Shown here piece by piece: positions 22,830 through 35,892 of a stretch of 64,000 bases of DNA. Each line of letters begins with the position of its first letter. Positions within the stretch are counted from its first letter, which is position 1. The translations under genes were made by a program, and so were the position numbers. Source of the stretch: Octopus vulgaris (taxonomy: Eukaryota). The stretch spans positions 25,978,001-26,042,000 of the forward strand of contig OX597817.1 in assembly GCA_951406725.2 (NCBI GenBank). Direction: 5' to 3'. The notes under the pieces were generated by a model, which saw only the letters and a list, made by a program, of their open reading frames with translations, ran no database searches and had not been told where the DNA came from.

Positions 22830-24309
22830 CTCATGGGTCAAATTGTAAAATAGTGCTTGGTATTATCTAAACTCAAACTGCACATGTCTAAAAGTAAACA
22901 TAAATTATGATGAATTTAGTTATGGTGTTCTACTGTTTCTGCCTCTTCACTTGTTATTTTATTTACAATATCAAATTAATTGAAATTAATTTGATGAAAG
23001 TTGTGTGCTAATCGGTTTGATCAAGAATCAAGTTTTCACTAATTTCAGATTAACAAACTGTTTCTTCATCAATAAAATGTCTTCCAGCAAAATCTTTCAT
23101 CATCTTTGGTGTTGGTCTCCTCACTCTTGCTATCATTGTCATTATCATTACAGTTGCACTACTATTGTTATTTTCGGTATCGTTTCAGGGCATTGTTATC
23201 ATCCACAATCATTATTATATTCAAACTGATGATAATGATGATGATGATCAAGATGATGATGATGATGATGATGATAGTGATCACAGAATGGATAATACTG
23301 ATAAGGATGATGATGATAATGATGATGATGTTGATATGATGAAGAGGAAGCTAGTGGTGCTGGTGAAAATGAAGAGGTTGATAATGGGAGATAATCATCA
23401 TCATTGCAACTGATAAGTATCATGGCAATCATTATCGTCGTCATCGTTATCATCATCAACGACAAGTCATTCTGTATTTATGTATTCCTGCATTTATTAC
23501 TCGACTCCCTTTTCCTCTACAAACCTGTGAAAGTTATTGCCATATTTATTACTATTGATATTACCACCTCCAGCCCACCACTTCTTACTCCTCCTCTTTC
23601 TCCCCTGACTAACATTGCTGTTTTCAGAGTTATCATTACCACCATCATCATCGCAGTAAGTACCACTACCACTATCATAGCCCCTCACCTACAGAACCAT
23701 CTTCAAAGCTCTCATTACCACTGCTATTATCCAAATGAACATCACCACCACCACCACCAATACCATCATCATTGATACCATCGTCCTATCTTCTTTCTCA
23801 CTAGTAGCATCATTTTCACTGTCACCATGCCACCATCACCACCACAAACACATCACCTCCACATTCTTCCTTCATCAACAGCACCAACACCAAAGACATC
23901 ATCATCACTCACACTAACACCAATATCATCCCTCATCAATGACATCCACCTGCATTTTGTTTTGATGCAATGATGAAGATCAACTTGGGCAACAACAGCA
24001 GCTATAGAATCAGATTATCCAGCATCATCAGTGGTTATTTATTAACTATATATTTTTCAAATTTTATATTCTCTTTTGGTAAATGATAACATCATTGGCC
24101 ATAAATTCAATGAATGCAATCACTTGTTCACTGTATTTACATTACCAAGAGCAATAACGATGTATCTGTGTAACTCAGGCACAACAAATAGCACACAAGG
24201 TACTTTTGTTCATCAGTGCAAGATATCTACATCTTCTATAAGAAGAGGATACATCACATAATATAGTTATACTCACATTAATTTGTTTGATACAGTCACA
24301 GCTAGAATT

Positions 24310-24346
<37 letters not shown>

Positions 24347-24514
24347 CCATCATTTAGCATCTGTTTTTCATGCTGGCATGGGTTGGACAGTTTGACAGTA
24401 GTTGACCAGCCAGAGAACTGCCAAGGCTCCAGCTGTCTGTTTGGGCATGGTTTTTACAGCACGATGCCCTTCCTAACACCGGATGTGCTAGGTGCTTTTA
24501 TATGGCACCTGCAC
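24310..24514 (-). mobile_element. Family B 3'-end copy, degenerate
   Basis: (CAT)n, CATGCTGGCATGGGTTGGAC, GATGCCCTTCCTAAC. Confidence 0.7.
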
Positions 24515-24924
24515 AATTGCTTTAGATAATAGATGTCCATATGTGTAATAATGCTGCTGCTACACAGAAATACATCCTAGGCTAGCTTCAAAAGAACATT
24601 TGCTCACTGGGAAGAATCCACTTGCCTTATACCACTGACCCATAGAAGCACTGTTCTTTTTTTAACTTTATCTCTTCTAGCAAAAGTAACATCAGTTTTT
24701 TGAAAATAGTAAATTCCAGACAATGTACACTCTGGCCCACAAGTTTCTCCTGCCTTCCTTTCTTCTTTATTTCTTGAATCCCTACTTAGTAACCCTATAC
24801 ACACATTCATTCCTCATTAGAGATGCAATCACAGGAGCCTCCCTTACTGCCTACATCAATAAAACTACATAACATCAAAGCATCCATACCCCAATCTTGG
24901 AGAGAATAAAAGATTACTTGCAAT

Positions 24925-25036
24925 CTTTTCTACTCTAGGTACAAGGCCCAAAATTTTTGGGAAGGTGGCCAGTTGATTAGATCGACCACAGTACACAACT
25001 GGTACTTAATTTATCAACCCCAAAAGGATGAAAGGT
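24925..25036 (-). mobile_element. SINE family E, 3' fragment
   Basis: CTGGTACTTAATTTATCAACCCCAAAAGGATGAAAGG. Confidence 0.7.
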
Positions 25037-25420
25037 ATTTATCAAAGGAGGAGAGGCAATACAAGAAATATTTCATCAGAGCTCAAATTCCACTGAGGTC
25101 ATCTATGCCTTTCATCCAATAATACAGTACTTATACCACGTCCTTGCATTGTTGTTTTATCTTGGTTGTTCTTGTTTGGATTGACTATTTATATATATAT
25201 ATATATATTAGACAGAATGAAGTTTGGCTTTGTTATCTAATTCTATATAATATATATATATGTGCATGCTAATACAAGACCCACATTAGACTCTTCACCT
25301 GTATCATTATCGAACCAAGAGTTTAACTACAGTCTGTCCATAGCACTTACTTAGCATTACCTGACACTCTTTGAGTCTTCTAGATACCAATACCTCTCAT
25401 ACCCTCTCTCTCTCTCTCTC

Positions 25421-25487
<67 letters not shown>

Positions 25488-25491
<4 letters not shown>

Positions 25492-25813
25492 CATAAATGA
25501 GGGCAAAGGAAAAAAATTCTAATGCCAAATATGCCGAAAAATTGGACATATTGTCCATTAACCATATAATTTTTTCACAATACGCATGTTACTCAAAAAA
25601 AGGTTGATTGTGCGTATTGTGAAAAAATTATATGGTTAACGGACAATATGTCCAATTTTTCAGCATATTTGGCATTAGAATTTGTTTCCTTTGCCCTCAT
25701 TTATGAATTGTTTATAAATTTAACGGTTAAAGGTATTTTTTAATATGCTGGCCATTGATAAAATTTTTTTCGAGATAAGAATTTTTTTCGAAAAGAATTT
25801 TATCCTCACATTT
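25488..25813. mobile_element. Foldback element in (TA)n with an extended right arm
   Basis: ~100-bp near-perfect inverted repeat 25488-25709; a single-arm homolog lies at 50372-50552. Confidence 0.75.
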
Positions 25814-26245
25814 GATATATATATATATATGTATATGTGTGTGTCATAATTCTTTCCAATTTCCATCTACCAAATCCACTCACAACACTTTGGTTAACTT
25901 TGGGCTGTATTAGAAGACACTTGCTCCAGTGAGCTGAATCTTGAGTCACTTAGTATGCCTTCTCCTTCTGTCAGAAGTTAGCCATCAATAATTTCTCCAT
26001 AGATCTCCTGAAGCAGAAATCTTAACCATCAAATATTGAAACACCAGGTAATAGTATAACCATCAAACTGAATATTTTGTTTTTTAACTTTGACTGTTTT
26101 GGTTTTAAAGAAAATTTAAATATACTCTTAGACATACATACATCATATATATGTGATACCATTAAATTCCTGCCTTGTGTTGTACTCTTCTTTAAATCAT
26201 AGCTACTGGCTCAAAGTTAGGCTGTGGGTCACTGGGTCTCTCCCT

Positions 26246-26749
26246 GTGGAGGTGTGTAGCTTAGTGGTTAGGGTGTCAGCACCATGATTGTAAGATTGTA
26301 ATTTCGATTCCTGGATCGGGCGACACGTTGTATTCTTGAGCAAAATACTTCATTTCACATTGCTCCAGTTAAATTAGCTGGAAAAAATGAGTAATGCTGC
26401 GATGGACTAGCGTCCCATCCAGCTGGGGAACTCATACGCCATAGGAACCGGGAAACCGGGCCCATGAGCCTTGCTAGGCTTTAAAAGGGTGCATTTATTT
26501 GGAGGCACATGTACTAGTGGTTAGAGCAGCAGACTCGCAGTCGAGGGATCGCGGTTTTGAATCTCAGACCGGGCGATGTGTGTGTTTATGAGTGAAACAC
26601 CTAAGCTCCATGCGGCTCCAGCAGAAGGTAATGGCGAACTTCTGCCGAATCTTTCACCACAACTTTCTCTCACTCTTTCCTCCTGTATCTTGCAGCTCAA
26701 GGAAACCGGGAAACTGGCCCTAATGTGCCAGGAATGGCTTGAGAAGGAA
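26246..26749 (+). mobile_element. Dimeric SINE insertion (family D followed by family C) within one TSD
   Basis: D at 26246-26499 and C at 26500-26749; 12-bp direct repeat GGGTCTCTCCCT at 26234-26245 and 26750-26761. Confidence 0.8.
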
Positions 26750-26843
26750 GGGTCTCTCCCTACTGGACAGTGGCTACCACAGCTCCAGGCCCCATTGTGA
26801 ACTTGGATCCGAGTAGCTTATCACTTGGAGCACTCATCCTGCA

Positions 26844-27054
26844 TACTCTTTTACTCTTTTACTCTTTTACTTGTTTCAGTCATTTGACTGTGGCCTTGCT
26901 GGAGCACCGCCTTTAGTTGAGCAAATTGACCCTGGGACTTATTCTTTGTAAGCCCAGTACTTATTCTATCGGTCTCTTTTGCCAAACCGCTAAGTGACGG
27001 GGACATAAACACACCAGCATCAGTTGTCAAGCAATGCTGGGGGGACAAACACAG

Positions 27055-27085
<31 letters not shown>

Positions 27086-27257
27086 CATATATACGACAGG
27101 CTTCTTTCAGTTTCCGTCTACCAAATCCACTCACAAGGCATCGGTCGGCCCAGGTCTATAGCAGAAGATACTTGCCCAAGATGCCACGCAGTGGGACTGA
27201 ACCCGGAACCATGTGGTTGGTTAGCAAGCTACTTACCACACAGCCACTCCTGCGCCT
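26844..27257 (-). mobile_element. SINE family A, full length
   Basis: All family A blocks present. Confidence 0.9.
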
Positions 27258-28034
27258 ATATTAGTTTAGGTTACCCATGAGCTAAACTTCTCTTCTTCTG
27301 TATGTACATACATAAAAGTATGTGCGTGTGTGTATGTATGCAAACATTTATATATACATGTACATGTGTATGTGTTTATTTTTCTGTCAGTATATATGCT
27401 TGTGTGTATGTGTATGTCTGTGTGTGTGTGTGTGTGTATATATATGTGTGTATGTGTGTGAAGGAAAGAGTTTGATAGACAGAGAGAGAGAAAGACAGAC
27501 AGATGAAGAGAGATATCTATATCTAGCTAACAGCAAAATTTGCTCTTACTTTTTGATTAGTGTCAGGGAGGTCATCAAGCTATAAAACGAAATTCCTCCA
27601 TTATACAAGAATTCATACTCATACGCACAGGCACGTGCATGCATATGCACACATTCATACACGTACATAGTAAAAGGGAACTGGACAAGTTAGAATAGTT
27701 GTGAGACAAAACAAAACAAACAATAGACTGGTCATATAATCAAAAGAACAAGTCACTTGTAATTGATGAGAAATAATACTGCACAAGTTTTGATGGAGCA
27801 ATTGACCAAAATAAACGACAGTAAGTAAAGTTACTACTGCACACAGGCAAAGTTTATTAGCTATAATAAACCAACCACTAAGTTAATGTCAAGAAAAACT
27901 GAAGAAATATAATGGTCTACAATATAGATTATGCTGAATATGGTGTAGATGTTTTTGAAAGGATGCCATTAAATTTCTACCTTTTGTTGTCATAAAGCAA
28001 TGAATTACAGAGAAAGAATTCTGCGAATAATTAC

Positions 28035-28077
28035 CATTTATAAGAATCCATGGCAAGTGGTAGCATAAAATATGATC
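28035..28077 (-). CDS. Candidate 43-nt exon of an unidentified gene
   Basis: Long pyrimidine tract ending TTCTGTCCAG and donor ATG|GTAATT; two open frames (DHILCYHLPWILIN or SYFMLPLAMDSYK). Confidence 0.25.
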
Positions 28078-28291
28078 CTGGACAGAATGTAAGAAGATAG
28101 GGAAAAAACGTAAAAAGTGAGTTATATATAGTATATAACAAAAGAAAAAAATAAATAAGTGGGTAAAAGAAGAGAAACACAAAAAGTAATGCTGTAAATA
28201 TCAAATTGGTCACTTTATCGACTGAAAGCAGTGAGCAGAACTAAACTATTTAATATATAGCTACTCAGCTAAATAGTAATTACATGATATC

Positions 28292-28362
<71 letters not shown>

Positions 28363-28615
28363 CCAAGAATTTACTACCAAGAATTCACAAGGACCTCGAA
28401 CCCACAAGAGTAAACAAGAGAGACAGAGCCAGGCAGAAACAAGGAAAATGCCACTTATATTTGAACATTATGCAAATATTCTTTTAAAAAAACTTTTCTT
28501 TTAAATTTTCTAAATTTAATTATTTAATTGTTACAGTTGAAAAAGTCTCAATGACTGAAACTGGTACTGAAATGTTTTTTATAAAATTATTTTAGCATTT
28601 TCTATCTTGACTTTT

Positions 28616-28651
<36 letters not shown>

Positions 28652-28653
<2 letters not shown>

Positions 28654-28813
28654 ACGGGCTTCTCTCAGTTTCTGTTTAACAAGTCCACTCACAAGGCTTT
28701 GATCGGTCTGAGGCTATAGTAAAAGACACTTGCCCAAGGTGCCACACAATGGGACTGAACCTGGAACCATGTGGTTGGGAAGCAAGCTTCTTACCACACA
28801 GCCCCTCTGGTGC
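28652..28813 (-). mobile_element. SINE family A, 5' half
   Basis: Head and body up to the internal (TA)n. Confidence 0.8.
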
Positions 28814-29711
28814 ATACATACATATATATATATATATATGTATATACCCCCACACACACATACATACATATATATATATATTTATATTATATAGAGGGCA
28901 TTATTACACATAAATGCCACACGTTAGGAGGGACTTTCAAAGTCATTACTACCAAAAATAAACGAATCGTACCGAATGCAGCTCTCGAAGCAAGACATTT
29001 AAAAACAGAATTTAGTTCCAGATTACCTGTGATTTCGCAATTATATACTATGTGTGTGTGTGAGTGTGTGCATCTATGTGTAGAGTAACCACTTTTGGCA
29101 TTTCAGTTTTGAATAGAGCTGATGAGGTTATGTTGGAAGATGCTTTACATATTGTGTTTTCACTTTAACTTAGTAGCTAAACCATAGCTGTGTTTTATGA
29201 TATACATGCTTCTGTAAAGAAATGCATATTTCAACAGGGACATAGATTTGGAATAAAGATACACACACAAACACACGCATTTCATACTCACTTACTAAGG
29301 CAGGTACACTAGCATGTGAGTGCTGCATTATGTGACAGTGAATTATTGATTTTTATTGCTAATAGTTAAGAAATATAGAGAAACTAAAACCCTCCACCAG
29401 TGAATCTTTGCTCAAAATAAATGGTAAGAAGATTCAGAGAAATGAAGTCTGGCTTTAACAGCTAAAAAAAAATATTTCATTTTCATCAGCAAATCAACCA
29501 TGCCAAGTTTATTATCTTACAAATTAGTACTTTTTATTTATATATTCAGATAAAAATTTCTCCCAACAAAATGCATACGATTTGGTAAGTTACATTCTTA
29601 CTCATGAATTCAAAACTTGGTAAATTTTTAAAAACCGCATTGCAAACTATATTCACATAAGATGCAAAACTGCTAAAAATAATTCTTGAAAATGATTTTG
29701 GGAAATAATCA

Positions 29712-29921
29712 TATTTCAAATTTTAGCACAAGGCCAGGCTTTTTGGGGAAGAGATTAAATTTATTGCACCGTGTTAAACTGGTACTTGTTTTATAGACTC
29801 TAAAATAATGTAAGGAAAAGTCAGTCTCGGCAGAATTTGGACTCAAAATATACAGACAGATGAAGTGTGGCCAAACATTTTACCTAGCATACTAACAATT
29901 CTGCCATTATTTCACTGCCTT
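29712..29921 (-). mobile_element. SINE family E, degenerate
   Basis: Family E blocks; probable TSD AAATAATCATA. Confidence 0.65.
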
Positions 29922-29933
29922 AAATAATCATAA

Positions 29934-30284
29934 TCTATATATATAAAGCTGAAGTTGTCTGTATGTGACAGGTTTGGTTGCCTTCAACTAACACTATCTC
30001 CTCTGAGACCCTGCGGTGCAAGTTGACCAAAATTGAGAGTATGATAGAATCGGTCCATGTTAACACCAAAAATTATTTACATCAAAAAGGTGCTTTTTTT
30101 CTAATGAAAGTCCCTATTTTTTACGATTTTTTGACGTCTGTGTCGCTATTTTTCGGTGTATTTCAACCAGAAAGATGTTCACTTAAAGAGAATAACAAGC
30201 TACATGATGCAAAATTTTTACTTTTCAAAAATTCCAATTCTAAAGGGTCAAAACAAACACGGCACCACTGGGTGATACTGTTAG
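29934..30284 (+). mobile_element. Non-autonomous Helitron
   Basis: A|TCTATATATATAAAG start; end GGGTGATACTG-TTAG|T, a decayed version of the GGGCGATACTG-CTAG end of the 2195 element. Confidence 0.75.
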
Positions 30285-30498
30285 TATAATAATGATTGAA
30301 AGTGTTTGCTATTTTCCACTTCAAACATTAAGACACGAGACACTACAAAATTACCATCAAATAAATCAATCAAGTTTATTAATCATTGATTTATTCACTC
30401 ATGTCTACAGTGGCAAGTAACAGGATGTTTACGTCTTCCTGAGGAAGTCTTGTTAACTGAAATATACCCAGAGTCGTCTCCCATACTTGCTGAAAGGA

Positions 30499-30901
30499 TT
30501 TACTCTTTTACTTGTTTCAGTCATTTGACTGTGGCCATGCTGGAGCACTGCCTTTTTTTAGTCGAGCAAAGCGACCCCAGGACTTATTCTTTGGAAGCCT
30601 AGTACTTATTCTATCGGTCTCTTAGCTGAACTGCTAAGTTACGGGGACGTAAACACACCAGAATTGGTTGTCAAGCAATGTTGGGGGGAGGACAAACACA
30701 GACACACATACACATATATATATATACACATATATACGATGGGCTTCTTTCAGTTTCTGTCTACCAAATCCACTCACAAGGCATTGATTGGCCCAAGGCT
30801 ATAGTAGAAGACCTAATGCCTAATGTGCCATGCAGTGGGACTGAACCTGGAACCATGTCATTCGTAGGCAAGCTACTTGCCACACAGCCACTTCTACGCC
30901 T
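30499..30901 (-). mobile_element. SINE family A, full length
   Basis: All family A blocks present. Confidence 0.9.
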
Positions 30902-31000
30902 ATGAAGCCATATTAGTCATTGAGCTAATACCTTTCCCTCACTGAATAAATATTTCTATTTAGATCCTTGGTATTTACTATACTGAATATATTGATTTCA

Positions 31001-31190
31001 TATTTTGGCACAAGGCCAACAATTTGGAGGAAGAGCATAAATTGATTACATTGACCCCAGAATTCCACTGGTGTTTATTTTATTGAACCTGAAAGGATAA
31101 AAGACAAAGTCAGCTTCAGCAGAGTTTGAAGTGAATTCTTAAGGACAGATGAAATACGACCATGCATTTTACTAATAATTCTGCCAGCTT
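31001..31190 (-). mobile_element. SINE family E, degenerate
   Basis: GGCACAAGGCC..GACCCCAG..GAAAGGATAAAAG. Confidence 0.6.
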
Positions 31191-31240
31191 GCAAACTTCA
31201 CTATATTGAATGTAATAAGAGCATCTTATCTTACAAAAAA

Positions 31241-31551
31241 GTGGAGGTACATGGCCTAGTGGTTAGAGCAGCGGACTCATGGTCAAGGGATCATGGGTTC
31301 AAATCTCAGACTGGGTGATGTGTGTGTTTATGAGCGAAACATCTAATCCCCATGTGGCTCCGACAGAAGAGGATGGCGAACTTCTGCTGACTCTTTTGCC
31401 ACATCTTTCTCTCACTCTTTCCTCCTGCATCTTGCAGCTCACCTGCAACAGAATGGCGTCCCGTCCAGGTGGGAAAGGAACCTATATGCCAAGGAAACTG
31501 GGAAACCAGCCCTTATGAGCCAGGTATGGCTCAAGAAGGAACAAAACAAAA
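31241..31551 (+). mobile_element. tRNA-headed SINE family C
   Basis: TGGCCTAGTGGTTAGAGCAGCGGAC head and GGTTCAAATCTC B box; probable TSD CTTACAAA. Confidence 0.8.
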
Positions 31552-32040
31552 CCTTACAAAGAATAAACTAGCCAGCTGACAAAATTTCAGTAAGAATGGC
31601 AAACACTGCGGTTAATTATGGCTAAACAGGTTTACTTTTGTTGTTCATGGAGCAGATAAATCTGTCAGACAATATAATGTGTATTGAAATTAATGCATTG
31701 AAATAACAAACAAATATAATTTCCAAGACCTTATGCTGAAATCTAAATGAATTCTGGTTGATGATAACTAGGAAACAAAAGTATTTCTGTGTAATTTTTA
31801 ATGCTCCTGACAGAACCTGTAACTATGAGTTGAAGAATTACTAAATAAAATGGGAGTAAAGTGCCATGTATATAAAAAGGGGAATGACATTGATGGTGAG
31901 GAACAATATCAAGATCTTGTAGAATTTTTAACATTCAACCAGGGCCAAATATTAACAAAGCAAAATAGTACACAGACAACAGAAACATTAATGATGAGTA
32001 TGATGATGATGATGATGATGATTATGATGATGTTCTGTTT

Positions 32041-32570
32041 GTGGCACATAAAAGGCACTATTCGAGTGTGATCGTTACCAGCATTGCCTTACTGGCACTT
32101 GTGCCCGTACAAGTAGGGTGCCAAGAGCACCATCCAAGTGTGATCGTTGCCAGAGCAGCTAACTGGCTTCCGTGCCGGTGGCACGTAAAAGGGCGCCATT
32201 TGAGTGTGATCGTTGCCAGAGCGGCTAACTGGCTTCCATGCCGGTGGCACGTAAAAGGTCACCATTCGAGTGTGATCGTTACCAGCATCACCTTACTGGC
32301 ACCTGTGCTGGTGGTATGTGTAAAAAGATTCGAGCGAGGTCATTGACAAGACCACCTGACTGGCCTCCATGCTGGTGGCACGTAAAAAAGCACCCACCAC
32401 ACTCTTGGAGTGGTTGGCATTAGGAAGGGCATCCATCTGTAGAAACTCTGCCAGATGAAGATTGGAGCTTGGTGCAGCCATCTGGTTCGCCAGCCCTCAG
32501 TCAAAATCGTCCAACCCATGCTAGCATGGAAAGAGGACGTTAAACGATGATGATGATGATGATGATGATG
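32041..32570 (+). mobile_element. RTE LINE 3'-end copy (family B), about 6 units
   Basis: Tandem units, conserved block, (GAT)n tail. Confidence 0.85.
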
Positions 32571-33023
32571 TTGGTGGTGTTGGTTGTGGTGGTAGTTGTG
32601 GTGGTGAGGATAGTGATGAAGATGACAGGGAACGGTAAAGGATGGATAGTAGACGGATTCAAATAGCCTTATTCATCATCTTGTTGGTGAACAGTTGTGA
32701 TGGTGCTTATCAAAGCTTGATAACGATGATTATTAGCATCAACGTCATTCACGTCAGCAGCAGCAGCAGCAGCATTTTTGTTCTAATAATAATGATTACA
32801 AATGATAAGAATGCCTTGAGACAAAGGTAAAAATAATAGCAATGATGCAGCGATAATGACAAAGACAATAATCAAACAGAAGAATGGGAAAGATATGCTT
32901 GATTAAAGAGACGGCCGGCCAAGAAACAGAAAACATCACTGTGAAGTATAAAGTCGAAACAAATTACCAAATACAATAAATTCAAAAGTAACATGAACAT
33001 AATCAGAGAACTATAAAAACAGA

Positions 33024-33057
<34 letters not shown>

Positions 33058-33081
33058 GTAATAGTAATAGTAATAATAATG

Positions 33082-33129
<48 letters not shown>

Positions 33130-33384
33130 TTCAGACAAATACATAACAAAAACACCAGGACTTACAAACACATATAACATACAGAAAATTGCACTACTAG
33201 GCACTGCCCACATCCTACCAGAACACTTTCCATACAATAACCATCAGAGCATCACAACAAATCACAGCACATACCCAAGGCAATGCGCTCGGTAGTAATG
33301 AAAGCACGCTATAAAAATAAAAATAAAACTACTGAATAATAATAATAATAATGATGATGATAATAATAATAGTAATAGTAATAG

Positions 33385-33421
<37 letters not shown>

Positions 33422-33448
33422 GTACTACTACTACTACTACTACTACTA

Positions 33449-33491
<43 letters not shown>

Positions 33492-33574
33492 TTAATAATA
33501 ATAATAATAATATTAATGATAATAATAATATTATTAATAATATTAATAATAATAATAATAATAATATTGATAAT

Positions 33575-33607
<33 letters not shown>

Positions 33608-33608
33608 T
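33024..33608. repeat. Large (TAA)n microsatellite array containing a LINE fragment
   Basis: Directly visible. Confidence 0.95.
33129..33335 (+). mobile_element. Dong/R4-clade LINE 3' end inserted in (TAA)n
   Basis: YNIQKIALLGTAHIL, the typical R4/Dong C-terminal motif, plus a short 3' UTR; flanked by (AAT)n. Confidence 0.75.
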
Positions 33609-34166
33609 AAATGCCCTGATGCAGTACCAGGCAGTGGCTCTCATGGCTTCTGATCTTAACTGATTGGAAGTGTTATCATGTACATTGTTTTGTCTTGGTA
33701 TAAAAGATGGGCTACAGCAAATATTCTGCTCAATACCACAGATTTGCTTGTCAGTTGTTTGACCTTAACCAGTTGAGCATGTCCCTTAGTGGCTGATGAT
33801 ATGTGCATCTCTGATCACGAGCAGAAGTAGTGGGGGAGCATCATAGCCATGTGTTGAGAGGGATTCTTTGGGGTTTGAATAATTCACCTCTGGAAACATG
33901 GGTGGTTCTTTCAACATCTTTAAACAACCCTTATTCAGGGACCTTTTGAGTGGGATGGGCTACTCAACCTGAAGAAAATTCTAACTGGGCCCCACCTGCA
34001 AGGTCATGTGCTGTTTATCTTGATATGAGATCACCATGTCACGCACATATGGTTGTGATGCATGTGCCTGGTGTACCCTTATCAGATGGGTAGTCATGAT
34101 GGGTATACTGGGCTTCGTATATTTTACCCCAGTGTCACTTTGATGGCATGCTCTGCTCGCTCACTC
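33609..34166 (+). mobile_element. 558-bp non-coding element embedded in (TAA)n (copy 2)
   Basis: Near-identical to the reverse complement of 15184-15741. Confidence 0.85.
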
Positions 34167-34522
34167 AATAATAATAATAATAATATTAATGTTAACAATA
34201 ATGATAGTAATAATAATAATGAAACAATGATTTGAAGATGTTATGTAGTTCCTAACACAATGAGCCATGAGTTGCCGTTTCTTCCTTATGCATAGTCAGG
34301 CAGTCTTGAAGCCCTAGTAAAAAAAAAAAAAGAATTGGTTTTTTGGTTCTACTTTTCGTTTTTGAATTAAGAATGAAAACAAAAATAAACTAAAATAAAA
34401 ATAAAGGTGACTGACTTGACTCCAGTACATTACCTTTACTTATGATGTTGATCTTAGTGAAATATAAAAATGCAAAGTAAAACCTTATATATAGTATTTC
34501 AACTTACAAAGCTATTAGATGA

Positions 34523-34905
34523 ATGACTGGCATCCGTGCTAGTAGGGTGCAAAGAGCACCATCCGAGCATGATCGTTGCCAGAGCAGCCAACTGGCTTCC
34601 ATGCCAGGGACACGTAAAAAGGTACCATTCAAGCATGATCGTTACCAACGTCACCTTACTGACACATGTGCCGGTGGCAGGTGTAAAAGATTTGAGCACG
34701 GTCATTGCCAGTGCCGCCTGACTGGCCCCATGCTAGTGGCATGTAAAAAGCACCCACTACACTCTCGGAATGGTTGGCATTAGAAAGGGCATCCAACTGT
34801 AGAAACTCTGCCAGATCAAGATTGGAGCCTGGTGCAGCCGTCTGGTTCGCCAGCCCTCTGTCAAAATTGTCCAACCCATGCTAGCATGGAAAGTGGATAT
34901 TAAAC

Positions 34906-34946
<41 letters not shown>
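34523..34946 (+). mobile_element. RTE LINE 3'-end copy (family B)
   Basis: Four units, conserved block, (GAT)n tail. Confidence 0.85.
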
Positions 34947-34947
<1 letters not shown>

Positions 34948-35219
34948 ATGAGAGAATATCACCAAATATTTTTGTGTGACACCATTTCTACGACTCACAT
35001 CCCCACCTACATACTAAGGATTTCTGCTAAGCCACGAAGCCATAAATCTGGTGGGAAATTACAGCAGACTGAATAAATCTTTGTATTTGACTGACATTTT
35101 GCTTTACAAATCTGATAAAGATGAAGGGTAAAGTTAATCTTAGTAGGAACTGAAATTAGGTTGCCAAAGGATGTAGTTAATTACAATGATCTTCTAATGA
35201 ATCTGCTAACCGAAACGAC

Positions 35220-35888
35220 AAGCACCACTAACACCACCAACTCCACCACCACCACTAGCACCACCAGCACCACTAGCATCACAAACACCTCAAGCTCCAC
35301 TAGCACCACCAACACCCCCATCACCACCAGCAACACTAGCACCACTAGCACCACCAACATCACAAGCACCACTAGCCCCACCTGCACCACTAGCACCACC
35401 AGCTCCACCACCACCACTAGCACCACCAGTACCACTAGCATCACAAACACCTCAAGCTCCACTAGCACCACCAACACCCCCATCACCACCAGTAACACTA
35501 ACACCACTAGCACCACCAACATCACAAGCACCACTAGCCCCACCTGCACCACTAGCACCACCAGCTCCACCACCACCACTAGCACCACCAGTACCACTAG
35601 CATCACAAACACCTCAAGCTCCACTAGCACCACCAACACCCCCATCACCACCAGTAACACTAACACCACTAGCACCACCAACATCACAAACACCACTAGC
35701 CCCACCTGCACCACTAGCACCACCAGCTCCACCACCACCACTAGCACCACCAGTACCACTAGCATCACAAACACCTCAAGCTCCACTAGCACCACCAACA
35801 CCCCCACATCACCACCAGTAACACTAACACCACTAGCACCACCAACATCACAAACACCACTAGCCCCACAAGCACCACTAGCACTACT
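35220..35888. repeat. 162-bp minisatellite, about 4 copies, built from ACC/ACT/AGC triplets
   Basis: Marker CCTGC at 35381, 35543 and 35705 gives a period of 162. Confidence 0.9.
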
Positions 35889-35892
35889 ATTG

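Noticed and set aside
30441-30470. CTGAGGA..GAAA hammerhead-like string (also CTGATGA at about 29120, 39532 and 63654)
   Set aside because: Helix I, helix II or the GAAA box is missing; expected by chance.
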